A DNA stretch of 64,000 nt. It comes from Ascoidea asiatica JCM 7603. Lineage: Eukaryota > Fungi > Ascomycota. The stretch spans positions 911,114 to 975,113 of the forward strand of contig BCKQ01000001.1 of assembly GCA_001600695.1 (NCBI GenBank), written 5' to 3'. The notes beneath the pieces were generated by a model, which was not told the origin of the DNA, did not search any database, and saw only the letters and a list, made by a program, of their open reading frames with translations. Below, one piece after another: positions 1-13,045 of this stretch (position 1 is the stretch's first letter; each line of letters opens with the position of its first letter). Both the position numbers and the translations under genes were made by a program.

Positions 1-3000
1 GTGTCATTATCAATATTGTTATTATCATTATTGAACATATTATGATCAATATCATTTAAAGGAATATCAACATTATTGTGATTATTTTTATCATTGATTA
101 TATTATCTTTGCTAATGTTCTTTTTAACATTAGTGTAATTATCAATATTCTTATGATTATTATTAATGATATTATCATTAATATCATTTAATGGATTATT
201 AACACTATTATAACTATTTTTCTCATAAATATTGTTCTCATCATTTTTATTAATATTATCAATATTATTATTTTTATCAATAGCATTTCTATCTTCATTG
301 ATGATAATATTATTATTATGAGAATTAAGAAAATTTTCATTATTAATATTATTCTTATCATTTTTATCAATATTATCGCTATTATTATTTTTATCAATAG
401 CATTGCTATCTTCATTGTTAATAAAATTCTCATTTTGAGTATTATCAAAATTATCATTATTAACATAATAAATATCACCTAATGGATTATCAACATTACT
501 ATCAGTGTGATTATTTTTTTCAATAGCATTGCTATCCTTATTGTTGATAAAGTCATTATCATGAGTATTTTTAGTATTAAAATTATGAATATCACCTAAT
601 GGATCATCAACATTATTATTAATATGATTATTTGTATGATGATTTTTATCAATAGCAGTTCTTTCTTTATTATTGATAAAATCATTATCATGAGTATTAT
701 CAGTATTAATACTATGGATATCATCTAATGGATCATCAGCATTATTATTAATATGATTATTTGGTCCGTAATCATCGCTACTATCAGTGCCATCACTATC
801 ACTATCACTATCACTATTATAGGCTCTATTAGAATCACTGCTATTACTAATATTTCTTTTATGATTATTATTGAATTTATCAATTGAAGTAGAGGATTTC
901 TCAAATTCCAGATATGGAAGTGTATTCACCGATTCTAAGGCTTTGGATTCTTTACTTTCTTTACATCCTAGTGTAGATTCAATTGGCTTAACATTTTTGT
1001 GAGATTGGTTATTGTCTAAAGCCAGTTCCTTTGATTTGTTCATATTAACTATTCTGTTGGTAGGTTGGTAATTTTTCCTTGAGAATTTTTTTTTATTGGA
1101 ATGCCAAATATGAGAATCATCGTTTTCTTGATATATTATTGGTAATGCTACCCTAGATATTGTATGCTTAACATCACTATCCTTATTTTTAGTGTCCAGG
1201 TTTAATCCTATATTAGGATCAGAATCATTATAATTTGAAGATAAAGAAGGAGTAAATTTCTTTGGACTAGAATAATCTCGATTGGGGTTAGAAGAAGCTA
1301 AGCCAGGAATAATGGGCATAACCACTGTGGATTTAGGTTCTTTAAAATCAAACGAATAAGCTTTTTCTATTACCTGCTGTTTTCCAATTAGGTTTTCATT
1401 ATTACTTATTTCCTTCAATATTCTTTCTTTCATTAAAACCTTTTCAAAATTATGTTTATTACCATTTCCATCTTCATTCTGATTTTGTAATATAACTATC
1501 GCTTTTTTAGCATCAGTGATTGCTGGGTATTTCCCATTAATCATTGATGCATTATTATATTCAGGAACCGACTTAGTATCAACTTTTTCATCATTTTCAT
1601 ATTCAGGAATCGACTTAGTATCAACTTTTTCATCATTTTCATATTCAGGAATCGACTTAGTATTAATTTCTTCATTATTATCATATTCAGGAATCGACTT
1701 AGTATCAACTTTTTCATCATTTTCATATTCAGGAATCGACTTAGTATTAATTTCTTCATTATTATTATATTCAGGGGTCGATTTAGTCTCAATTTTTTTA
1801 TCATTGTTTAATGATACGCTGACATTATTATTATACATATATATATCTGAGTTGCTACCTAATACTCTAGCTTGAGATGTCATGCTAGAATTTTTATTTT
1901 CATAGTTAGCTATCAATTTTTTTTCAGATAAGCGTCTCTCTTTCCAATTTGAGCTGTTATTATTATAATTATTAGTATTAGTATTAGTATTATTAGAATT
2001 CATGCCATTACCAACATTATCACTTTTAATAAAAACATTGCTATCAATAATAATACTATTATTATCAATATTACTGTCATTATTATTTTTATTGCTACTA
2101 TTATAACTTTTATCCTTATGAGTCAGTAAGCTTTTCAGCTTTTCAAAATAAATAGGTATTTCTGCCGAACCGGTTTTTGGATTTGGTATTTTATCAATTT
2201 TTGAAATATTCTCTACATTTGAATCATCTTTGTCATTGATATCGGATGGACTATAATTATGATGATAACCATCACCCTTATTATAGTTATACCTCTGTTG
2301 AAATTGATCCTCATAACTATGATCTTGATCATCATAACCAAGATCTTGACCACCATAACCATCATCTTTATTATGGTTATAGTTATGTTGTATTTTCCCA
2401 TCTTGAGACTCAAGTTTTGATTTATTATTTCCAAAATTATCAATAGAATCAGATATTTCGTTTTTGGTCATATATGCACGATCTAGGTTATATAGCTTAT
2501 TATCTTCAGTACTGTAGTCATTTGAAATATTTTCATCATCATTATGGATATCCATATTGACAAAATCATTATTTTGTAGTATCTTGGCGTTTACCTTTTT
2601 CAGATTAGATTTTATTTCCTTCTCACCTTTGATAAAATTGGATCTATTATTACTGTCAGTATATAAATTCTTATTATCTTCCTTCTCATTTACATAATCA
2701 ATGTTTTTATGAGTTTTAATATTAAAATCTTCAATTTGAGTGAAAGTATTATTCATTTCTTCAATATCTATTTGCTGGTTATTGGAGGAAGATATATTCA
2801 TTTTGCCTTCATTAAAATTCCTAGAAATAGATGTATTAATATTCTTATTAGAGATTGCATGTTGAGATAAGCTTTCAACAGTATATTGACTTCTTTTAGA
2901 TCCTGGTAATCTAGATTCACTTTTTTTGTTCATATAATTCAATGTATTTTGAAATGGTTCAGCATGATTACTTATCATAAAGTCTGTTTCCTTTTTTTGA

Positions 3001-6000
3001 GAAGTAAGTCTCATTTTGGAACTCGAAATCAATTTACTGTTTGATTCGTTAACTGGTTTTGAAATATCCGAATGTGAAACTAAGGTAGACAAAGGGTTGG
3101 AAAGAATATTTATGGCACTCAGACTTGATATATTTTCAGCTGAATGACCTTCCGTTGTTTTTCGGGAATCTGAAAGTATTGCCTTGTTAACTTTATTTTC
3201 GAAGCTGGCCAAATCATCTGATGTATTCGATGGGGTCGCAAACCCCAGTGCATCTGCGTATGAAGAATTTTTGAGCTGATTAGCATTTTTGTTTTTGGAG
3301 TCAAAAAGATTTGATTCGCTTACAATATTTCTTTGTTCATCAAGAACGCTTGTCAGCCTTTCTTCAATTTTTGGAGTAGAATTGATATCACTAATGTCCC
3401 TTCTATCCTGAATATTTCTATTGTTTTCTTTTGAGAAATCTTTCAGTGAATTATCTGAAGAATCGTCCATATGGTATTTTGGGACATTGTAGTTATCATT
3501 ATCCTTTTTTATGAAATTATTCTGAATTGAAGTTTCTGGAAGCCCTTGTGAATGATTTTGCTTGGAAATAGAAGAAAAAACAGTTTCCTCATTGGCAGAT
3601 AATAGCTCACTTCCGTCAGTGCTTTGTTTGTATTTATGATTGATAGTATTTGGACTGAATATGTCGCTGAAATTGTCCAGAGTATCTGAAGTTGTACTCA
3701 AATGTTTTAAGTTTTTGGGAAGGTCTACAGTTTCCATAAAGTTCAAGGATGAAACATTATTTAAAACACTTGATCTATTACTTTTAAAGTTGCTTGATTT
3801 AAGTGTTTTTTCATCTTCATCTTCATCTTCATCTTCATTTTCAGAAACAGAAGCAGAAACAGAAGCAGAATCTAAATTGACATATTCTTCATTTATCGAA
3901 TTAGAAAGCAGATTACTACTTGCTATATTTTCAATTGAAATGCTTGATGATCTGCTACTGAAACTAGAATCATGATCGTATATAATTGCATTTTTTTTAT
4001 CTTGTTCTAGGTTCTCCATTTTCATTTCAGACTGGTCTAACAAAGCTGAGCTATGATCATCATAAAAAAAGTTAGTATTTGAATTATTTGAAGTAAATAT
4101 TCTATTATCATTCTTGGAGTTTGAATTGGTGGCTATACTTGAACTTTTTTCATCTGTAGACTGCTCCTTATAGATATGATCAGAATTTGAATTTAGAACA
4201 ATAGAATTAGGTTCTTGAATCTCTTTTTCAATTTCAATATCGATATTTTGATTATTAAACGTACTATTGTTTAGAGTACCGTTTTGCACAACTTCAAATT
4301 GCTCTCTTCCACTTTTTAAATTTTTATTAGCAATAAAAGTGTCATTTTCTTCCTTAACAAAATGATTATTGTTATCTTCACTCGTTAATATATCTGGAGA
4401 GAAAATATCATTACTATTATTGCTCACCACATCATTGGCATACTGACTATTGCCTGCTTTTTTATTTTTTTCCTCTTTACCCGACCTTACAACCTCATTA
4501 AAACCCTGGTTTTGATCTTCAATTGAAATTTTTGAATTATCAAATTTACCAGAATCATTTATATTTCCTCTACTTGTTTTTCTTGAATTAGCTTCAAAAG
4601 TATTGATAACACCAGTTATATCAACACTTGGTTTTCGATTATTCCCTATTCCGTTTATTCTTTTAAAATTTGTTTTCGGATTATCAACTGGAGAAGGATT
4701 TTCAAACTGTTTAAGCATATTTAGTATACTGCTAGACTTTTTATGAATAATAGTTTTATTTACTTTAGTTTCATCCAGATTTTTTGGACCATTTAATTTT
4801 GAAGCCATATTGGAGACTACTGAATTTTTGGGAACATTGCCTAATTTAACACCCAATATTTCATTAGAGTTATTATTTTGTCGTTTATTTACACCCAATG
4901 GAGTTATAACAGTTTGCTTAACTATTTTTCCTTGTGAAATTCTTGACTCAAAAGGAAAATCAAATGAATTAATATTATCTATGGAATTATTTTTAATTAC
5001 ATTAATTTCTTTTTCCTCATAACCATTATTTATATAATTTTTTTTTTTTTCATTAACTATTGGAAAAGAAGTTTTGTTTTGAATATTTGTTACTGGATTA
5101 AGAACATATTGTTTTTTAGGTATTATATTCATCTCTTTCAGCTGAATTTGATCATCTAAATTATTATCAACAATTCCAATATTCATACTATTTTGCATAA
5201 AATGGTAATTTTTTCGTGGGGATTGAAGAGGATTGAATAAATTAAATGAATTATTTTGATCATCTTTTCTTAAAGTTCTAAATGGTTTTGGTAAATCTTC
5301 AATTCTTTGTAAATTTTTTTCAATTTCACTATTTGTTAAATTTTCTATTGAAAAATCTATATTATAATCACCAGTTGGATTTAATTTTGTTTCAGCTAAT
5401 AAATTACAAATACAAAAAGCAATTTCAATTACAGCACTTTCAATAGCTAATTTTGGTAATGCAGATCCATAAACTGTAAAATAACGAGTTGTAGTAATAG
5501 CATGAGAAACTGCAGCTCTTATTAAAGTTGAATAAGCACCATTATTTAAATTATCACTATTATTAGATATTTGACCTGCAATCATAGAAATTTTTGAAAT
5601 CAATTCAAATAAATAATCAGAATCAGGGGAATCTTTACTAACAGTGCTAAGAAATAAAGTAATAAAGGAATTTAAATTTTGTATAGCAGTTAAGGGTATT
5701 AAACCATTAGGATCAATGAAACGATTTATAGATTCATTAGATAAATCAGCTGCATAAATATTAGGTTTTGATGAGTCAATTTTTCTTGGCTTATTTTCTT
5801 TTTCAAGTTCAACATATTTATTTTTCCATAATAAAATTTGATTTTTCAAGTCAGCAATTTCTGTTTGAGAGTTTATCAATTTCTCATTCAATATTACATT
5901 ATCATTATCATTATCATTATTGTTATTGTTATTGTTATTATTATTATTATTATTATTATCATTATCTTGAGTGGGTATTATATCTTTAATTTCTCTCTCA

Positions 6001-7243
6001 ATGAATTGATTTTTTGAATTTATTTGAGATTCTTTGACTTCTAGTTCAGTTTTTAAATATTCAATTTCTGAATTTTTCTGACTTAATTCATCTTGTAAAG
6101 AATGAAGAAAAGAATCCTTGTTATCTAATTTTTCAATATGATTATTTATTTCTAAAGTTTTTTGTTGTAAATCATGATTTAAATTTTGAATTACTAAATC
6201 TTTATTATTTAATTCTTTTTTATTATCATCTATATTAAGTTTTAAATGATTTAAATTTAAATTTAATTCATCAATTAAAGGTTTATTATTATTTAATTCA
6301 ATATTTTTAGAATTTAATTGATTTTGAAAATCAACTTTTAAAGAATTGAAATCATTTTCTTTTAAAACCATGGAATTATATTTTTCTTGTAATAATTTAA
6401 AATTTTCAAGAAGAGAATTAAAATCATTATTTAATTTATCATTATTTAATTGATTATCAGATGTAATTGATTTTTCATTGTTAATTAAATCATTTAAATC
6501 ATTAATTTTAATTTTTGAATCATTTAATTGATTTTCATAAATTAATTTTTGATTTTCTAAATTTTTATTAAAATCATTTAATTTTAAATTTAAATTTTCA
6601 ATTGTATTATTTTTTGATAATAATTCAGATTCTTTTAATTTTAAATTTGATAATAAATTTTCTTTATCTTGATTAAGATTATTTATAAAATTATTTAAAT
6701 TTATAATTTTTTTTTCTAAAGTATTAATTTTTTCATCCATTCTTGTACCTTCATCAATTAATAAAGCAATTTCTCTATCTTTATCTCTATTACTTGAAGA
6801 TAATGAAAGGCCTCTTTTAATTGAAGATCTTGAATTTATACTTGAAGATTTAACATGTTTTATTATTGGAGGAGAATTAGAAGAAGATGGATTATTTGTA
6901 TTATTATTTATTGAAGAAATTGAAGAAGATAAAGTTGAATTTAAAGCATTATTAATAGAAGAATTTTTATCATGAAATAAATTAAAAGTATTTGATTTTG
7001 AATGAGAAATTATTGGAGATTCTAAATCAGGAACTTGATCTTCTTTTTCACTATCAAAATCATTTGATTTAAAAGAGATATGATTAATTTTATAATCATT
7101 ATCATTTAAATTATCATTTAAATTAATATTAGATGATATAGAATCATTTTTTCTAATATCATTTATTAAATCATTTGCAGTATCATTGTCATTATCATTA
7201 TCGTTATCATTATCTATATTGGTATTGATATTGATATTATTAC

Positions 7244-7274
<31 letters not shown>

Positions 7275-8498
7275 ATTATTATTAATATTATTATTAATAT
7301 TATTATTTAAAGAAGAAGAAGAAGAAGAAGTTAAATTATCAGTTTCATTTGAATTTGGAGTTATTGTATTTTGAATTGTATTTGTAGTTAAAGAAGTAGT
7401 AATTTCATTATCACTTTCTTCATCACTACTCCAAGCTAAAGTTGATTTAGTTGGTACAACAGTTCCAGTTCGAATACCAAATGGAATTGTAGGTTGAATA
7501 GACAGTACATTTTTATTTAAGGAACTATTATTATTATTATTTTTGATATTGATATTGTTATTGTTATTGTTATTGTTATTGATATTAGTATTACTAGTAA
7601 TATTGTTAATAGGTTTTTCAATAGTATTATTATTTAAAGGTTTTACAGGGTCCAGTATTCTATTATTTATTTGATTATTCAATGGATTATTTGATGAATT
7701 ATTTAGTTGATTATTTAGTTGATTCTCAATTTCATTTTCAAGTTGAAAATTTTTACTTGAAGATTGAGAATTAGCGGAATTTGAATTTGAAATAGAGTTA
7801 GAATTAGTTGATATTGAATTTGAGTTTGAATTTGAAATTGAATTTGAAATTGAATTTATTGATTGAGATAAAGAAGATAGATCTGATTTAATTGATTGAG
7901 TTTTTAAAGAATTAATTTCAGATAAATTATTTAATTGAAAATTAACTTTTTCTTGATTAAAAAATTTTCTTCTATTAATTTCATAAGCAATATCATTTGC
8001 TAAATCTCTAAATCTTGAAAATGGTAAATAAGATAATTTTTTTCTTGCTTGATTTCTATTTGGATGAAAATTTTTTTTTGGAGGTAAAAAATCAATTTCA
8101 TTTGAAGAATTTAAAGAATTTAAAGAATTATTACGAATTTTATCAATATTTTTATCCTTATCACTATTTTTATCTTTATCTTTATTTAATCTTCTTTGTA
8201 ATTCATCATAAACATCTATACTTAATTCACAAAATTGAGTTGGAGATAAATTTAATAATTTTTGTCTTGCTTTTTGAGTTCTTGAATCAGAAGATTCTTT
8301 TCTTTTTATATCACTTACAGAATCTAAGAATAATCTTAAAGATATATAATGAGTTGTTAAATCTTTTGGTTGTCTTGATCTTGAACTTGAATTTGATTTT
8401 TGTTGCAGATGATAAATATTATTACTTGAATTTTTATTATTTGTATTATTTGGGTTAATATTTGGATTCAAGTTCATATTTAAAGGCGCTTGATTCAT
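1..8498 (-). CDS. SPA2: Polarisome scaffold Spa2, giant (at least 2832 codons), 3' end beyond the left window edge
   Basis: ATG at 8498-8496 (MNQAPLNMNL...). No in-frame stop in the stretches read codon by codon (most of 1-5160 and samples above). Two GIT/SHD-I repeats (KARQKLLNLSPTQFCELSIDVYDELQRR; KRNQARKKLSYLPFSRFRDLANDIAYEINRR), motif VVPTKSTLAWSSDEE (~7420-7460), coiled coil ~5800-6800 ending LWKNKY, and helical domain ...LIRAAVSHAITTTRY...EIAFCICNLL (~5390-5760). Absent from the ORF track because there is no stop inside the window. Confidence 0.9.
180..765 (-). repeat. Degenerate ~40-aa coding repeats in Spa2 (PL[D/G/N]DI...AI[D/E]KN)
   Basis: Recurring plus-strand blocks 'atatcacctaatggat' and 'tttatcaatagcatt' about every 110-130 bp. 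Confidence 0.7.
1551..1805 (-). repeat. 42-bp (14-aa) coding minisatellite x6 in Spa2 (EYENDEKVDTKSIP / EYxNNEEINTKSIP)
   Basis: ATATTCAGG recurs at 1557, 1599, 1641, 1683, 1725 and 1767 (exact 42-bp period). Confidence 0.95.
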
Positions 8499-8759
8499 AT
8501 TTTATAATTAAAAGAAGGTATTAAAAGTGATTATAACTTGAATATAATATATATATAAGTGAATATATATATATACAGTGTTATATATATTTATATGATT
8601 TCAATTGAACATATGATTGACTATTGGATATTGTGGGATTTCTAAAAAGAGATATAATATAAGAGAGAGTGATATTATGGAATATAATAGATTTGGTTAG
8701 TTCTTTTCCAGTTCTTTTCTAGTTCTTTTCTAGTTCTTTTCTAGTTCTGTAACTGTTTC

Positions 8760-9215
8760 CGTAGTTGATAATATCTAGCTTGATTCTCCTGGAGGTAAAA
8801 GAAGAAGAAGAAGCAAAAGATGCACAGCAACAAACAAAGCACGAAGCAAATCACCCACCAAACACTTCCATTTCTTTGTCTCCTGCCACAAAGCCAGAAC
8901 CAGATCTGAAGCCAGAACCAGAACCAGAACCAGAAACTGTCAACGGCCACTCCTTCAGATCTGGCTTTATCCTGGCTTCAGCTCCCACCACGAACAGCAA
9001 CTCAACAGTAGCTGAATAGTAGCTGAATAGTAGCTCAATACTTCCTCTGTCCGCCCCTAGAAAACCAGTCGGTCACCCTCCTTTGGCTTTCTTTTTGCTT
9101 CTCCTTCAGCCCTGCGCGCCCTGCTGTTTATCCACGTGGCTTATACCTTTTGTGTGTTTCTACAAGTTAACGCAGTTTAAGACGTTTTCTGACCCGAGGT
9201 ATTGCCACGTGATAT
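8760..9215. promoter_or_regulatory. GC-rich divergent promoter of SPA2/NCS6 with two CACGTG E-boxes and a (CCAGAA)n tract
   Basis: CACGTG at 9133-9138 and 9206-9211 (Cbf1/Pho4-type). GC is far above that of the flanking coding DNA. Confidence 0.55.
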
Positions 9216-9386
9216 TGAATTTATAGTTTTTAATCGATTTTTCAAAAAAAAAATATTAATCTGGATCAAGAAATATATATAACGTTATTAAAATTTGATG
9301 AACTTGGATCAATTTAATGATATTTTGATAAACTAATTATCATATCAATATTCTTAAAACGCAGGCACTTTTATCTCCTATTCATA

Positions 9387-10541
9387 ATGTCATCAGAACT
9401 TAAAAAAACATCTCCAATAAAAGTATCATCATTATGTGAAATTTGTCATTCAAGAAAAGCAGTAATGAAAAGACCAAAAAATTTAAAAAAATTATGTAAA
9501 TTATGTTTTTTTAATATTTTTGAAAATGAAATTCATCAAACTATAATTTCAAATAATTTATTTAAATCTGGTGAATCTATAGCAATTGGTGCTTCTGGTG
9601 GTAAAGATTCAACAGTTTTAGCATATGTTTTAAAATTATTAAATTCAAAATATAATTATAATTTAAATTTATATCTCTTAAGTATTGATGAAGGTATTAA
9701 TGGTTATAGAAATGATTCATTATCAACTGTGAAAAGAAATAAAATTCAATATAATTTACCTTTAAAAATTGTATCTTATAAAGATTTATATAATTGGACA
9801 ATGGATGAAATTGTTTCAATAACAAATATAAGAAATTCATGTACTTATTGTGGAGTTTTTAGAAGACAAGCTTTAGATAGAGGTGCTTTAAAATTAAATA
9901 TTAATCATGTTGTTACTGGTCATAATGCTGATGATATGGCTGAAACTGTATTAATGAATATATTAAGAGGTGATTTATCAAGATTAGAAAAATCAACTTC
10001 AATTTTAACTTCTTCAATTGGTTCAAAAGTTAAAAGATCAAAACCATTTAAATTTACTTACCAAAAAGAAATTGTATTATATGCTCATTATAAAAAATTA
10101 GATTATTTCTCAACTGAATGTACTTATGCTCCAGAAGCTTTTAGAGGTACTGCAAGAGTTTTATTAAAAAATTTAGAAAAAATAAGACCAAGTTCAATAA
10201 TTGATATAATATATTCTGGTGAAAATTTTGTTTTAAAGCAAAAGAAAAAAAGATTGAATATTTCAAAAAAAAACATTCAAAAAAATATTATCGGAACCAA
10301 TAATAATGAGATTGAAGTACGACCTGATGGTTCAGTTTCTTTACAAAGATTTAATTTTAAAGATGGTAATACTTGTATAAAATGTGGTTATTTATCTTCA
10401 AATAAAATTTGTAAAGCTTGTGTTTTACTTGAAAGTTTAAATAAATCAAGAGCAAAATTATCTTTAGATGATTCTTTTAATAATAAATCAACTAAAGGTG
10501 CTGCAACTTTATTAAGAACTTTAGAAAGTTTAACCTTTTAA
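9387..10541 (+). CDS. NCS6: Cytoplasmic tRNA 2-thiolation protein 1 (Ncs6/Ctu1)
   Basis: N-terminal CxxC...CxxC, PP-loop [37 protein letters not shown]-terminal CxxC..CxxC. Confidence 0.97.
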   Translation: MSSELKKTSPIKVSSLCEICHSRKAVMKRPKNLKKLCKLCFFNIFENEIHQTIISNNLFKSGESIAIGASGGKDSTVLAYVLKLLNSKYNYNLNLYLLSIDEGINGYRNDSLSTVKRNKIQYNLPLKIVSYKDLYNWTMDEIVSITNIRNSCTYCGVFRRQALDRGALKLNINHVVTGHNADDMAETVLMNILRGDLSRLEKSTSILTSSIGSKVKRSKPFKFTYQKEIVLYAHYKKLDYFSTECTYAPEAFRGTARVLLKNLEKIRPSSIIDIIYSGENFVLKQKKKRLNISKKNIQKNIIGTNNNEIEVRPDGSVSLQRFNFKDGNTCIKCGYLSSNKICKACVLLESLNKSRAKLSLDDSFNNKSTKGAATLLRTLESLTF

Positions 10542-10579
10542 TATATATTTTATTATAATATAAGTATATAAATTGTATT

Positions 10580-13045
10580 TTATCGTCTTCGAGATCTTGA
10601 ATTTAAACCTTGTAATCTTGTACTTCTTGAACTTCTTGAATTATTCGTATTATTATTGATATTGAAATTATTATTCGAATTATTGATATTATTATTTAAA
10701 TTAATTGGTGGTAAAATTCCTTGATAATTTGTACCAAAAACTGGTATATTCTCACTAAATTTCAATCCATCGAAATTTTTCTTTCTTTTTTTCAATTTTT
10801 TTTCTTTATTTGATAAATTCTTATAATCATCTGATATTATTTCCGAAGGTTTAATATTATTTAAAACATTAATTAAAAGTCTTTGAATTTTAAAATATAA
10901 TTTTTTTTCATCAATTGAAGGTTGTGAATTTAAATTTAAATTTAATCTTTGAAGTTTTAAATTATTTAATTTTTTTAATAATTTATTAATTAATTCTTGT
11001 TGTTTACCATTTTTATATGCATTTATTTCTTCATCATCAATTGTATAATTTAATGGATTTGATTCTAATAAGTAGTTTATATTTATTTTATTATCTGAAT
11101 TCATTTTTTTAAAATAACTTTCCATAGATTCAATTTTAAAATTATCTTCCATATTAGTATCTTCAACATCTTTATTTTCTATATTTGCCTTTTCTATTAT
11201 TTTGTTATCATTTATAGGCTTTTCAATTGATAAATCTTCTTTATTTTGATCTGAAGATTGAGACTGCGATTGTGACTGTGACTGTGATTGTGACTGTGAT
11301 TGTGACTGTGATTGAGATTGAGATTGAGATTCTGTAGATTGAATTGGATTTTGAGGTTCTGTTTGAGAAGAATTTTCAAAAAGATTTTCATTTTTATTTT
11401 TTTCAATTGCACTTAAATATTTTTTCTTAAAATCAATTAAGTTTCTTAAACCAATTTGTTCAAACCAAATTTTTTCTGAGGTTTTTATTGAAATTACACC
11501 AAGAGTTTCATCAATTAATGGAATAAATTTTAAAATTGGTAAACTTTTTTTAAAATCATTATTACTATTTAAAGATAACCATGGTTTTAAAGGTAAAAAA
11601 AACCAATTAGGATGAAAAAATTGACTTAAAATATCTTGTCTTTGACTTAAATTTGAATTTAAATTATTATCATTTAAATTTATCAGTTTTAAAGAATTTA
11701 ATTTTTTTGAAGGAAATGAATAGGGTTGTGGAATTATTTTAACTTTATTAAAATATGAATTTTCTTTAATATTTTTATCAATTTGATCATCTTCTGGAAT
11801 TAAAGAAGATTTATTAATTAATGAAGAAAATAATGAAAATTTATTATTATTTGAACCAACTTGAATATTATAAGTTTCATTATTTGGTAAATTAAAAGAA
11901 ATTTCAATTTTTTTTAAATCATTTGTAAAATATTTTGATAAAAAATAAGAAAGAGTTGAAGAATTGAAATCATCTAAATTGTTTGAATTATTATTATCAG
12001 TTTCTGAAATATTATCAAAATTATAAAAAGAATTTAATTTATAAATTTGAGATAATATTAAATTCAAGGAATTTTGATAAAAATTATCAATTTTAATATA
12101 TAAATTTGAACCAGTTTGATTTGATAAAGTTAAATTATATAATATAATAAAAGCAGATAATTTAATATCATGAAATAATTTATAAAGACTGTTATTATTA
12201 TTAGAATTGGAATTTAAATAATATAAATTATTTTTATAATTTTTATAAATTGAAGTTGATTTATTTGAATTAAAATCTTTTAAAAAATCATTAGTTATTC
12301 TATCACTTAATATTAAATCAGGATCTAGATTATCTTCAGTTTTTATTGATTGAATTGAAGTATCATTAATTTCATCAATTTTTATATCATTTTCACTATT
12401 TTTATTATCTAAATTATCTAGATTATCTAAATTTTCAGCTGAATTCTGAATGATTTTTTCATTTTTTATTTCATTTTCTTTAACTTCTTCTTTTTCTATT
12501 TCTTTTTTTTTAACTTTGATATCATTTTCAATTATTGAATCTTTAATATCATCATTATTAATATCAATATTAGTTATAGTTTTATCAAATTTTAAATCAT
12601 TTACATAATTTAAATAAGAATCTTGAATTTTTTCAAAATCAGATTGATAAAAATCAGAAGGAAATAAATTTGATAATATTGAAACTTTTTCATCATTATT
12701 AGTTTCATTAATATCATTATCTAAATGAGTTAAAACAAGAAATAAATCATTAATGAAATTATCATATATTTTTTTAAAATCATCAAAGGAAATATTAAAT
12801 TTTGATGATATTTTATCTTCAGATGAAGTTTTAATTGTTAATTCTTCATCATTTTTTGAATTTTCTTTTATTATTATATCATTAGATGAATTTGTATTTA
12901 ATAAATTTTTATCTAAATTAATTTCTTTAGATTTTGTAATATCATTAATCTCAGATTCTTTTGAAACTAATGAATTCTTTTCAAGTGATTGATTTTGTAA
13001 ATTGTTTTCAGCGGTTGATTTTCCTTCGGATTGTATTTGGGACAT
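10580..13045 (-). CDS. RSC58: RSC chromatin-remodelling complex subunit Rsc58
   Basis: LFHDIK...KIDNFYQ and FFHPNWFFLPLKPWL...FIPLIDETLGVIS...IWFEQIG resemble Rsc58 conserved blocks. SQ repeat at ~11260-11330. Confidence 0.75.
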   Translation of the reverse strand: MSQIQSEGKSTAENNLQNQSLEKNSLVSKESEINDITKSKEINLDKNLLNTNSSNDIIIKENSKNDEELTIKTSSEDKISSKFNISFDDFKKIYDNFINDLFLVLTHLDNDINETNNDEKVSILSNLFPSDFYQSDFEKIQDSYLNYVNDLKFDKTITNIDINNDDIKDSIIENDIKVKKKEIEKEEVKENEIKNEKIIQNSAENLDNLDNLDNKNSENDIKIDEINDTSIQSIKTEDNLDPDLILSDRITNDFLKDFNSNKSTSIYKNYKNNLYYLNSNSNNNNSLYKLFHDIKLSAFIILYNLTLSNQTGSNLYIKIDNFYQNSLNLILSQIYKLNSFYNFDNISETDNNNSNNLDDFNSSTLSYFLSKYFTNDLKKIEISFNLPNNETYNIQVGSNNNKFSLFSSLINKSSLIPEDDQIDKNIKENSYFNKVKIIPQPYSFPSKKLNSLKLINLNDNNLNSNLSQRQDILSQFFHPNWFFLPLKPWLSLNSNNDFKKSLPILKFIPLIDETLGVISIKTSEKIWFEQIGLRNLIDFKKKYLSAIEKNKNENLFENSSQTEPQNPIQSTESQSQSQSQSQSQSQSQSQSQSQSQSSDQNKEDLSIEKPINDNKIIEKANIENKDVEDTNMEDNFKIESMESYFKKMNSDNKININYLLESNPLNYTIDDEEINAYKNGKQQELINKLLKKLNNLKLQRLNLNLNSQPSIDEKKLYFKIQRLLINVLNNIKPSEIISDDYKNLSNKEKKLKKRKKNFDGLKFSENIPVFGTNYQGILPPINLNNNINNSNNNFNINNNTNNSRSSRSTRLQGLNSRSRRR

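Noticed and set aside
188-8458. Short ORFs listed in the track between 188 and 8458
   Set aside because: Alternate-frame or antisense shadows of the single long SPA2 frame and its repeats.
8741-9019. Small ORFs in GC-rich islands (also 13031-13385, 15754-16631, 18985-19200, 28198-28563, 34617-34869, 60888-61240)
   Set aside because: Mostly non-ATG starts, atypical codon usage and no recognisable motifs. Stop codons are simply rarer in GC-rich DNA.
9199-9364. Possible 5' intron of NCS6 (AACTAAT ... GCAG)
   Set aside because: No convincing donor (GTATTG only), and the ORF already has a complete Ncs6 N-terminus.
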